A DNA stretch of 64,000 nucleotides, taken from assembly GCA_051294375.1 (NCBI GenBank), contig CM119268.1, positions 20,953,869 to 21,017,868 of the forward strand. Reading direction: 5' to 3'. The translations under genes were made by a program, and so were the position numbers. How positions within the stretch are numbered: position 1 is the stretch's first letter; every line of letters begins with the position of its first letter. This stretch comes from Paraspadella gotoi. Taxonomy: Eukaryota > Animalia > Chaetognatha. Positions 50,225-61,620 of the stretch are shown here, piece after piece. The notes under the pieces are model-generated. The model was not told where the DNA came from. It saw nothing but the letters and a program-made list of their open reading frames with translations, and did no database searches.

Positions 50225-52640
50225 CTGTTAGGGGAAGGGTAGGGGAAGGGTGAGGGAAGGGGAGGAGACAGGGTCGGGGAAAAGTAAGGTCTTCTTTAAT
50301 TCCCTCTTTTAAAAAAAGATAAATGATTTTGACGTTTGACTAGTGGATGGACGTTACAATTTCAGTTTTTTTCTAACCTTTTTCTCTTTAATTTTCATGA
50401 AATGAAAACATATTGATAAACAACACCGGTTTTTCAAACTCTTCATATAGTTTTAAATCACATTATTTTTTAATATTCGCTTCCCGGAATTCCGCGTTTA
50501 ATTCTCTTTCATTCCATCTCTTTCAATTCTACGCGGTTTTATTTCTCCGGCGCCACGTTGCCTTTATTTCATTGTCATTCCAGTTTTTTTATTAACTAAA
50601 ATTATCTTTAATTAAAAAAAAATATTTCGACTTAGTCTCTCCTTGATTCCAAAGTACTCCATATTTGCTTGCATTTTTATTTGCTTGCATTTTCTAGTTG
50701 CTTGTAGCCACGAAAATAAAAAGAGCAATTCTAAAAAGCCATAAAGTAGGATGTTTAATTTTCAGCTTATACTCGTCCCATATTTCAGAATACTTTTTTT
50801 TCTTCATCCAACGCGGAAGCCAAAGATTTGGGTGTCGTCGTTCGACATTTCGATCTTAAAACTTTTTCTACTTCATCAGTTTTTAATCTTTTNNNNNNNN
50901 NNNNNNNNNNNNNNNNNNNNNNNNNNNNNNNNNNNNNNNNNNNNNNNNNNNNNNNNNNNNNNNNNNNNNNNNNNNNNNNNNNNNNNNNNNNNNNNNNNNN
51001 NNNNNNNNNNNNNNNNNNNNNNNNNNNNATGTGTGGTGAGTGTGTGTTGTGTCAGTGTGTGTTGGTTGTCTGTGTGTTTGTTGGTATGAGTGAGTGTTGT
51101 GTCTGTGATGTCTTTTGTGTGTGTGTGTGTGTGTTTGTCTGTGTGTGTGTTGTCCTTGTGTGTGTGTGTGTGTGGTGTGACAAACAACAGCAACACAACA
51201 ACGACCACAACAACGACCACAACAACAACCACAGCAACAACCACGTTCGCTTTCGTCTTCACCATAAATGAATTTTGACTGAAAAAACGATAGAAGCGAA
51301 AAGCGGAACGAAAACTGGAAATGAAGACAAAACAAAGAAAAAGAAAACAAAACAGAGAAAACGAAAACAAAACAGAGAAAAAGTAAACAAAACAGAGAAA
51401 AAGAAAATAAAACAGAGAAAAAGAAAACATAACGAAGATTACCTTAGAAATGAAAACAATAAGAAAATTAAAATTTGAAAAAAAAAATCCAAAAACCTAG
51501 CCATAACCAAAAATAAATGATAAATAAAATAAAAAGGTCCATTTAAAACAATAAAATTCACAATACAATACGAATCCGAGAAACTTGCGATTATCAATAA
51601 CGTGAAAGTAAACAAGGAATCGCGTGTAAGAAAAAAAGAGTCTTTGTGAAAAGTGAATCACTTTTTTGATTTCATCTCATTTTTATCAGATTCTGGAATG
51701 GAAATTAGTTATTTTCTGTTCCTTTCTTATTCTTGAGAAGTCTCCCTTCTTGGTCCTCTTTTACCTCCCCCTCATCTCCCTCCCTTTCTTTCTCTTCTTT
51801 ATCCCTGTTCCTCAATCTCCCTCCCCCGTTCTCATCCTCCTCATCTCCCTCCCCCTCCTCTTCTCCTCGTTCCATCCTCCTTTATCGCAGCTATGCCCCT
51901 TTTCCTCTGTTTTTTTAAATCGTCCTCTTCCTCATCTCCTCCCTTTCATCCTCTTCTTTTTATATCCCTCTTCCTCATCTCCCTCCCATTTCTCCGTTCC
52001 TTCTTCCTGCTTCCTGCTCCTTATCTTCCTGCCCTTTCTTTTCTTTTCCTCCTCTACTGATATGCGCATAGGCAATTTAGTGCGCAAAGTGAAGTAATCC
52101 AATCTCCCTTGCCACTTACCGTTTGATGGCAAACGTCTCTCTTCTTTCTTTCTCTTCTCTCTCTCTCTTCTCTCTCTCCTCTCTCTCTCTCTGCTTCTTC
52201 TCTCTCTCTTCTCTCTCTCTCTCTCTATTCTTCTCTCTCTCTCTCTCCTTTATACAATTCGGTTTTAATGCAAAGATGTTTTTATGGGCGAATCAGTCGA
52301 TTGTTTACTGAAACATTTTTTTCCTCCTTTCATTTACCTTTTTAAACTAATAATTTTTTAACTATCTTGCATATGTTATGGACATTGTGTAGACTGAGGA
52401 TTAAATTATTAAGTAATCTTAGAGAGAAAAAGAAAGAACGAGAAAAGAGAGAAGAGAGATGAGAGAGAGAGAGAGAGGAAGAGAGAGAGAGAGGAGAGAG
52501 AGATAGAGAGGTGCTGAATAAGAGGTCTGATTTAATCGTTTTTCACGTCGAATAAGGAAACAAGAAAAATCTACTGAATCAATTTTGTATCGATTTGCTA
52601 AGCTCTTGACGAGCCATCATTTTGCTCTTCTCTACTTCTT

Positions 52641-52704
<64 letters not shown>

Positions 52705-53420
52705 GGCACACCTGTTCGTCGTTACCCTTTCCCCCTTTCCTTTTTTTCAGTAGGAGAAAAGGCCATTTTCTTTCTGATCAGTTTCAGTTATCACCTTTGG
52801 AGAACTTTTGGTATTACTTGAGTTTTAGCGGATTTCGAGTTGAGAGAGACGAGAGATGATGAGAGAGAGTCGTGAGAAGAGATGAGAGAGAGAAGAAGAG
52901 GAGATGAGAGAGAAGAGAGAGAGTAGTTCATTTGCGATAATTAATAGNNNNNNNNNNNNNNNNNNNNNNNNNTTCCTCCTCCTTATCTTCCTGCCACTTT
53001 GCTTTTCTTTTCCTCCCTTTACTGATATGCGCATAGGGGTAATTTAGTGCGTCAAAAGTGAATGTAATATCCAATCTCCCTTGCCACTTACCTTTGATGG
53101 CCAAACGTTCCTTCTCTTACTCTCTTTCTCTCTCTCTCTCTCTCTCTCTGCTCTTCTCTCTCTCTTCTCTCTCTCTCCTCTACTCTCTCTCTTCTCTCTC
53201 TTCTCTCTCCTTTTTAACAATTCGGTTTTAATGCAAGAGTTGTTTTTATGGGCGAATCAGTCGATTATTTACTGAAACATTTCCTCCTTTCCATTTACCT
53301 TTTTAAAAACTTAATATTTTTAACAAATTTGCATATGTTACGGACATTGTAGTAGACTGAGGATTAAATTATTAAGTAATCTTAGAGAGAAAAAGAAAAA
53401 GAGAAAAGAGGAAGAGAGAT

Positions 53421-53469
<49 letters not shown>

Positions 53470-53601
53470 CTCTGAATAAGAGGTCTGATTTTTTTTATCA
53501 CGCTCGAATAAGGGAACAAGAAAAATACTGAATCAATTTGTATCCGTTTGCTAAGCTCTTGACGAGCCCATCTTTTGTCTCTATCTCTCTCTCTTCTCTT
53601 T

Positions 53602-53649
<48 letters not shown>

Positions 53650-54823
53650 GTCAGGCAACCTGTCGTCGTTACCCTTTTCCCCCTTTTTCCTTTTTTTCAG
53701 TCAGAGAGAAAAAAGGCCATTTTCTTTCTGATCAGTTTCATTATCACCTTTTGAGCAAACTTTTGGCGTAAATTTTACTTGAGTTTTAGCGGATTTCGGA
53801 GTGAGAGAGAGAGAGAGAGAGAGAGTGGAGAGAGGAGAGATAGAGAGAGAGAGGAGAGAGAGAGAAGAGAGAGAGAGATGATCACGCGTGGAGTGATGAG
53901 GACCGAGACGCAATCGAGAGGAGATGGAGAGAGGAGAAGAGAAGAAGTTTCATTGCGATAAAAATAGGAAGAAGTAAAAAGAATCGCGAAGGAGCAAAAT
54001 CGTAAATAAAGAAAAAGATAAAAAAAGGAAAATCGGAGTTGAAATTAAAGTTTTAGAAAATTTGAAGAGAAAATTGTTGAGGTTGGAAAAGCGAATTACT
54101 ATAGAGAGAAACGAACGATTTAAAAGTACATATTTTATAGAACTACGTCGGAAGAAATTAAGATAGAAATTAAAAGACAAGAATGCATTTGAAAATCATT
54201 TGCTTTATTTTTCTGCTTTATGTTAATTGGACGCCGATTACAGTTTATTTTTTTGAGTAAAAAAAGCAGTGATGGGGAATAAAAAAAATTGGGAACAAAA
54301 ACGGAGTTATTTAACCCTGACTTATTGAATAAAATAAGCGACCCGTAAAAATAACTTTTAAACTTTTCAAATTTGTTTTCTTTTATTTTCGTCTCATTTT
54401 TCTTCTAACCAACGAATCTTCTTCGTTTTTTCGTCTAACTTTCATTCCATTCATTTTCATTCCTCTAATTTACTTTTACATTTCTCTTCTTTTCTCTCTT
54501 TCTCCTTTTTTGTTGATTTCTTTATCTGTCACTCTGTCTTTCACTCTTTTTTTTCTCTTTTGTCTTTCTCTCTCTCTCTCTTTCTCTATCTTACTTTCTC
54601 TTTTTTTCCCCATCTTTCCCCCTCCCTCTCCACCACCCTCTGTCTCACTTCCTCTCTCTTCCTTTCTCAACCTTTCGACGACTTGCTCCTTTTCTACGAA
54701 GGTCGGAAACCTTAGAAGAATTTTCATCCAAAAAAGAAGGAAGAAAAAAGAAAATAAGTTGTTAGAATAAAGAAAGCAAGAAAGAAAGAAAGAAAGAAAG
54801 AAAGATATAAAAAAGAAACAGTG

Positions 54824-55260
54824 TCACACAATTTTGTTGCCCTTTATGGCGCCAATCGAGTTATTGTCAACGCCCAGGGAAGAACTGACGTTGCCGACGC
54901 AAGAACTGACGCTACTGACGCACTGATCATAAACGCCGACGTAGAAACTGACGGTGCCGACGCACTGATCATAATTACCGATAGAAAAACTGACGATGCC
55001 GGCGCAGAGATCAAAGCCGCCGAAGCAAGAACTGACGATGCTGACACAGAGATCAAAGGCACCGAAGTAAAAACTGACGATGCCGACGCAGAGATCAAAG
55101 CCGCCGAAGCAAGAACTGACGATGCTGACACAGAGATCAAAGGCACCAACGCAAGAACTAATGACGCCGACGCACTGATCAAAGGTGACGCCCCTACCGA
55201 CGCAAATGTCGTTGCCGACGCTAACGTTTCCTCTGAATTGACGGTCGCAAAATCGACCTC
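54824..55260. repeat. Clean copy of the 21/42-bp minisatellite (~4 core units), open in three reading frames
   Basis: Plus frame TDDADAEIKAAEAR/TDDADTEIKGTEVK; minus frames SAALISASASSVFT and FDLCVGIVSFYFGA/FDLCVSIVSSCFGG. Confidence 0.85.
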
Positions 55261-55279
55261 AATTTTTGTGTGGGAGTTG

Positions 55280-55700
55280 AAAAGAGAAGTGGGAAGAGAG
55301 AGAAGTAAAGGAAGGAATAAAGGAGAAAATGAAAAGAGAAGAGGGAAGAGAGAGAAGCAAAGGAAGGAATAAAGGAGAAAAAAAAGAGAAGAGGGAAGAG
55401 AAAGAAGTAAAGGAAAGAATATAGGAGAAAAAGAAAAGAGAAGAGGGTAGAGAGAGAAGCAAGGAAGGAGTAAAGGAGAAAAAAAAGAGAAGAGGGAAGA
55501 GGGAAGAGAGAAGTAAAGGAAATTATAAAGGAGAAAAAAAATAAAAGAGAAAAGCAAAGGAAGGAATAAAGGAGAAAAAGAAAAGAGAAGAGGGAAGAGA
55601 GAAGCAAAGGAAAGAATAAAGGAGAAAAAGATAATAGAAGAGGGAAGAGAGAGAAACAAAGAAAGGAATAAAGGAGAAATAGAAAAGAGAAGGATGTAAA
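55280..55700 (+). repeat. Degenerate ~45-48-bp purine-rich tandem repeat
   Basis: GAAGAGGGAAGAGAGAAG(C/T)AAAGGAAGGAATAAAGGAGAAAA recurs; copy at ~45490-45900. Confidence 0.75.
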
Positions 55701-58700
55701 AGAAAAAAAAAGAAAAAAAAAGAAAAAAGAAAAGAGAATAATTGTCTGAAGGAGTAAAATGTGGCAGACGAAGAAAATGTAGAAAATGAGATAAAGCAAA
55801 TGTTGGGGAATTTGGAGAAAAAGATCACAAAAAGATCACGTGAAAAGTTTGACGGGGAGAGAGAAGGTATTGGCACTATTTTCAGAANNNNNNNNNNNNN
55901 NNNNNNNNNNNNNNNNNNNNNNNNNNNNNNNNNNNNNNNNNNNNNNNNNNNNNNNNNNNNNNNNNNNNNNNNNNNNNNNNNNNNNNNNNNNNNNNNNNNN
56001 NNNNNNNNNNNNNNNNNNNNNNNNNNNNNNNNNNNNNNNNNNNNNNNNNNNNNNNNNNNNNNNNNNNNNNNNNNNNNNNNNNNNNNNNNNNNNNNNNNNN
56101 NNNNNNNNNNNNNNNNNNNNNNNNNNNNNNNNNNNNNNNNNNNNNNNNNNNNNNNNNNNNNNNNNNNNNNNNNNNNNNNNNNNNNNNNNNNNNNNNNNNN
56201 NNNNNNNNNNNNNNNNNNNNNNNNNNNNNNNNNNNNNNNNNNNNNNNNNNNNNNNNNNNNNNNNNNNNNNNNNNNNNNNNNNNNNNNNNNNNNNNNNNNN
56301 NNNNNNNNNNNNNNNNNNNNNNNNNNNNNNNNNNNNNNNNNNNNNNNNNNNNNNNNNNNNNNNNNNNNNNNNNNNNNNNNNNNNNNNNNNNNNNNNNNNN
56401 NNNNNNNNNNNNNNNNNNNNNNNNNNNNNNNNNNNNNNNNNNNNNNNNNNNNNNNNNNNNNNNNNNNNNNNNNNNNNNNNNNNNNNNNNNNNNNNNNNNN
56501 NNNNNNNNNNNNNNNNNNNNNNNNNNNNNNNNNNNNNNNNNNNNNNNNNNNNNNNNNNTCAGAATCGAAATATATTTACCAGTTTATAATCCCCTGAATT
56601 ATGAGTTTTTTACCCAGGATATTTTAAGCCTTAATCTGTCCTTCAAACATCTTACCGACCTTAACCATATCTCTAACTCGAACCAAGTCACTTAAATCTT
56701 AAAAACTGACTTTATTTCCGAATTTAGCTGAAATGAGCTGCATTTTTTTCGAAAATATGGCCAAGACAATCTATAGTAGTTTTTTGACGCAAAAAGAGGC
56801 AGAGAGAATGAGCTGGATGGAAAGATTATATGTTATGTCGTTCAGGACCCGGAGCGCCGATGGGCCAAAATACTGGGCTAATCTCCTCTGAGAAGCCCCC
56901 AATTTTCTATACAACTCCGTCACCAAGGCGACAGCGTTTTTTTACTTTTTTTAATTTTTTTTTCCTTTGGCGTAATAGGTTAAGGATTTCGATTTAAGCT
57001 CCAAGATNNNNNNNNNNNNNNNNNNNNNNNNNNNNNNNNNNNNNNNNNNNNNNNNNNNNNNNNNNNNNNNNNNNNNNNNNNNNNNNNNNNNNNNNNNNNN
57101 NNNNNNNNNNNNNNNNNNNNNNNNNNNNNNNNNNNNNNNNNNNNNNNNNNNNNNNNNNNNNNNNNNNNNNNNNNNNNNNNNNNNNNNNNNNNNNNNNNNN
57201 NNNNNNNNNNNNNNNNNNNNNNNNNNNNNNNNNNNNNNNNNNNNNNNNNNNNNGAGACTTTGAATCAACTATATGTAAAATAAGGAAATATTTCAAATAA
57301 TTTAATGAAATTATTACAACCAATATGAAAAAATATCCATTAATTTAATAAATAAACGATCTGGTTAAGGCCTTCTTAACTCTTACGAGATAATGACATA
57401 GCAAGTCTCTCGAAGATTTTAAACACAATCTCGTTAATTTACTCGCAGAGTCCCTGCCAGGGACCCTGACTACCTTATCAATGAAGTTGGACAAATAATA
57501 AAAAAAAATAGATTGTGTTTCGTTTTGTTTGTTTTGTAAACAAAAAAATTGAACAAAAAGTAAAAATTGTATTTCATTCCTTTTTTCTCCTTTAAATTTT
57601 ACGCTTCGGAAATTTTATCTGCAGAAATGTCGACATTTTTATTCCTCTGAAGTTTAACTAAGAAAAAAAAAAGAAATTTACTTTTTATTCAGTTTATGGG
57701 TTTTATTCTTTTACAATATCAAAAGACGTTTTATATTTACGATGTTTTCGAGTCTGTTCCGAGACGCGCCATTTGCAAAAGAAATGGAGAGAGAGANNNN
57801 NNNNNNNNNNNNNNNNNNNNNNNNNNNNNNNNNNNNNNNNNNNNNNNNNNNNNNNNNNNNNNNNNNNNNNNNNNNNNNNNNNNNNNNNNNNNNNNNNNNN
57901 NNNNNNNNNNNNNNNNNNNNNNNNNNNNNNNNNNNNNNNNNNNNNNNNNNNNNNNNNNNNNGAGAGAGAGAGAGAGAGAGAGAATTGAGAGAGGTGAAGG
58001 TAGAAATAGATATTGTAACTGTAAAGTGAGGTAAAAAGTAAGTTAAAGAAGAGGAAGGTAAGGTGAAGTTAAGCGAAGGTAACCCCCTTGTAAATAGCGA
58101 GGCGTCGCGGATGTTCTTTTGTTGTCGACTTTTATTTCATTCCTTTATTCTTCTTCGTACGACTCGAGCCCTCTGGTGAATTTTCAATTCAAATCCTACT
58201 GCCGCCTCTTTGCCGATATACGGCGGGGGCAAGAATCTCATTTGCATACCNNNNNNNNNNNNNNNNNNNNNNNNNNNNNNNNNNNNNNNNNNNNNNNNNN
58301 NNNNNNNNNNNNNNNNNNNNNNNNNNNNNNNNNNNNNNNNNNNNNNNNNNNNNNNNNNNNNNNNNNNNNNNNNNNNNNNNNNNNNNNNNNNNNNNNNNNN
58401 NNNNNNNNNNNNNNNNNNNNNNNNNNNNNNNNNNNNNNNNNNNNNNNNNNNNNNNNNNNNNNNNNNNNNNNNNNNATTAAAAGATGAATTACAAACTTTT
58501 TCGTCGCATAACAAGTTTGTTCGACAAGTGGAAGGTTCAACCATAATTTTCTTTAGGTTTTTCATAATTTTTTTTCTCTCTTTTTTTTCTTCTTTTTTTC
58601 TTTTTCTTTTCCGTCCTTTTCGACTTTTTCTTTTTTGATATCTTCCTTGGTTTGCTTTTCGTCATCAACACATTCAATCTCCCTCCCTCGTCTTCTCCTC

Positions 58701-60421
58701 TTCTCCTAATCTCACAAAACTTTCTTTTTTCTATTCTCCTTATTATTCCTAATCTCCGATCCCTTTCTACTTCTGTTCCTCCTTTGTATAAATTTAAAAA
58801 CAATCTTTCCTCTTTTTCTTTCTTTCCTTCTTTAAATTTCTCCACTTTTCACCTTTCCTTTCCTCCTTCTGTTTTTTTCCTTCTTTCAATTTCTCCACTT
58901 TTCACCTTTCCTTTCCTCCTTTTTTTATTTCCTTCTTTCAATTTCTCCACTTTTCACCTTTCCTTTCCTCCTTTTCCTTCTATCCTTCTTTCAATTTCTT
59001 CACTTTTCACCTTTCATTTCATCCTTTCCTTCTCCCCTTTCCTTTCCTCCTTTCCTTTCCTCCTTTTATTTCGTCCTTTTCTTCTCCCCTTTCTTTTCCT
59101 CCTTTTCTTTTCTCCTTTCCATTCCTCTTTCCTTTCCTCCTTTTCTTTCCTCCTTTCATTTCCTCCTTTCCTTCTCCCCTTTCCTTTCCTCCTTGCCTTT
59201 CCTCCTTTTATTTCCTCCTTTCCTTCTCCCCTTTTCTTTCATACTTTCCTTTCCTCCTTTTCTTTTCTTCTTTCCATTCTTCTCTCCTTTCCTCCGCTTT
59301 CATCTTTTCNNNNNNNNNNNNNNNNNNNNNNNNNNNNNNNNNNNNNNNNNNNNNNNNNNNNNNNNNNNNNNNNNNNNNNNNNNNNNNNNNNNNNNNNNNN
59401 NNNNNNNNNNNNNNNNNNNNNNNNNNNNNNNNNNNNNNNNNNNNNNNNNNNNNNNNNNNNNNNNNNNNNNNNNNNNNNNNNNNNNNNNNNNNNNNNNNNN
59501 NNNNNNNNNNNNNNNNNNNNNNNNNNNNNNNNNNNNNNNNNNNNNNNNNNNNNNNNNNNNNNNNNNNNNNNNNNNNNNNNNNNNNNNNNNNNNNNNNNNN
59601 NNNNNNNNNNNNNNNNNNNNNNNNNNNNNNNNNNNNNNNNNNNNNNNNNNNNNNNNNNNNNNNNNNNNNNNNNNNNNNNNNNNNNNNNNNNNNNNNNNNN
59701 NNNNNNNNNNNNNNNNNNNNNNNNNNNNNNNNNNNNNNNNNNNNNNNNNNNNNNNNNNNNNNNNNNNNNNNNNNNNNNNNNNNNNNNNNNNNNNNNNNNN
59801 NNNNNNNNNNNNNNNNNNNNNNNNNNNNNNNNNNNNNNNNNNNNNNNNNNNNNNNNNNNNNNNNNNNNNNNNNNNNNNNNNNNNNNNNNNNNNNNNNNNN
59901 NNNNNNNNNNNNNNNNNNNNNNNNNNNNNNNNNNNNNNNNNNNNNNNNNNNNNNNNNNNNNNNNNNNNNNNNNNNNNNNNNNNNNNNNNNNNNNNNNNNN
60001 NNNNNNNNNNNNNNNNNNNNNNNNNNNNNNNNNNNNNNNNNNNNNNNNNNNNNNNNNNNNNNNNNNNNNNNNNNNNNNNNTCTCTCTCTCTCCGTTTGAA
60101 TTTTCACGGTATTTTGCTCCCGTTTTATTCTTCAAAAACCCAAAGGAAGGAATTAGGAGGAATAATTTGTGCCAAAAATAAGGAGAAAAAAGGAAATAAA
60201 GGAAAATAAAGAAAAAAGAAAAAAAATGATAAAATCTATGAAAGAAAGAAAAAAAATAAGAGGCTGGAATTTCGACCTCGCTGTATTCTGATTGTTGGAG
60301 GGCGGCGTCGTTGGTCGGCTACGGCGACGGCAGCGGCGTCGGCAGCGGCTTTAAAACCTTTTCTTTACGAATCTGCGACGTCTCGTGGCGCCGGCAATAT
60401 TTAAGATGGCATCTCTGCTAC

Positions 60422-60681
60422 TGCTCTCTACTATCTGAGCAACGCTCGCTTCTCACGATGCTCTCTACTATCTGAGAAACGCTCGCTACTCACGATGCTC
60501 TCTACTATCTGAGCAACGCTCGCTTCTCACAATGCTCTTTACTATCTGAGAAACGCTCGCTTCTCACGATGCTCTCTACTATCTGAGCAATGCTCACTTC
60601 TCACGATGCTCTTTACTATCTGAGAAACGCTCGCTTCTCACGATGCTCTCTACTATCTGAGCAACGCTCGCTTCTCACGAT
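60422..60681 (+). repeat. 37-bp minisatellite x 7 (TGCTCTCTACTATCTGAGCAACGCTCGCTTCTCACGA)
   Basis: Head-to-tail units every 37 bp with few substitutions and no spacers. Confidence 0.95.
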
Positions 60682-61064
60682 AATTTCGAAGTGAAGGTTC
60701 GTTCCCTGCGAAATGTTTCTTGCAATGATGAATCGTTCGATTGTTGTTGACCATTTGNNNNNNNNNNNNNNNNNNNNNNNNNNNNNNNNNNNNNNNNNNN
60801 NNNNNNNNNNNNNNNNNNNNNNNNNNNNNNNNNNNNNNNNNNNNNNNNNNNNNNNNNNNNNNNNNNNNNNNNNNNNNNNNNNNNNNNNNNNNNNNNNNNN
60901 NNNNNNNNNNNNNNNNNNNNNNNNNNNNNNNNNNNNNNNNNNNNNNNNNNNNNNNNNNNNNNNNNNNNNNNNNNNNNNNNNNNNNNNNNNNNNNNNNNNN
61001 NNNNNNNNNNNNNNNNNNNNNNNNNNNNNNNNNNNNNNNNNNNNNNNNNNNNNNNNNNNNNNNN

Positions 61065-61310
61065 TTAAGGAATAACCTGCCTCATTTTCCATTCACATTT
61101 TAAGGAATAACCCGTTTCATTTTTCATTCACATTTTAAGGAATAACCTGCCTCATTTTTCATTCACATTTTAAGGAATAACCTGCCTCATTTTCCATTCA
61201 CATTTTAAGAAATAACCCGTCTCATTTTTCATTCACATTTCAAGGAATAACCTGCCTCATTTTTCATTCACATTTCAAGGAATAACCTGCCTCATTTTCC
61301 AATCACATTT
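61065..61310 (+). repeat. 35-bp minisatellite x 7 or more (TAAGGAATAACCTGCCTCATTTTCCATTCACATTT)
   Basis: Units start at 61066, 61101, 61136, 61171, 61206, 61241, 61276; the array runs into the upstream gap. Confidence 0.95.
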
Positions 61311-61421
61311 TTTTCCGCTTTTCTCTTCGAACTAGTCGCTTCACTATCACTAAATATACCACAACTCTTAATTCATCGTCTCATTGTTCCATTTCTCGAC
61401 TCTTAACTTCTCTTCTTAAAG

Positions 61422-61620
61422 CGACAGGCTGCGTCACGCAGCAAACTTCGTCTGCTGCGTCGATCTCTGCAGCAACTCTGCAACCGCATTAGCTACGCAG
61501 CAACAACGCATCAGCCGCAGCAGCGATTCCAGTAGAAGCGCAGTTTTCGGTGACTCGTTGACGTGGGAGGAGCCGAAGCGGAGACGGCGGCGGCGGCGGC
61601 GGCGGGTGTCAAAAATGTAA
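61422..61620 (+). CDS. Candidate terminal exon, possibly a GPCR helix-8/C-terminal tail
   Basis: GC-rich island after a pyrimidine tract and AG; DRLRHAANFVCCVDLCSNSATALATQQQRISRSSDSSRSAVFGDSLTWEEPKRRRRRRRRVSKM*. Confidence 0.22.

Noticed and set aside
60422-61310. CRISPR arrays (35-37-bp repeats)
   Set aside because: Units are head-to-tail with no unique spacers, there are no cas genes, and the context is eukaryotic.
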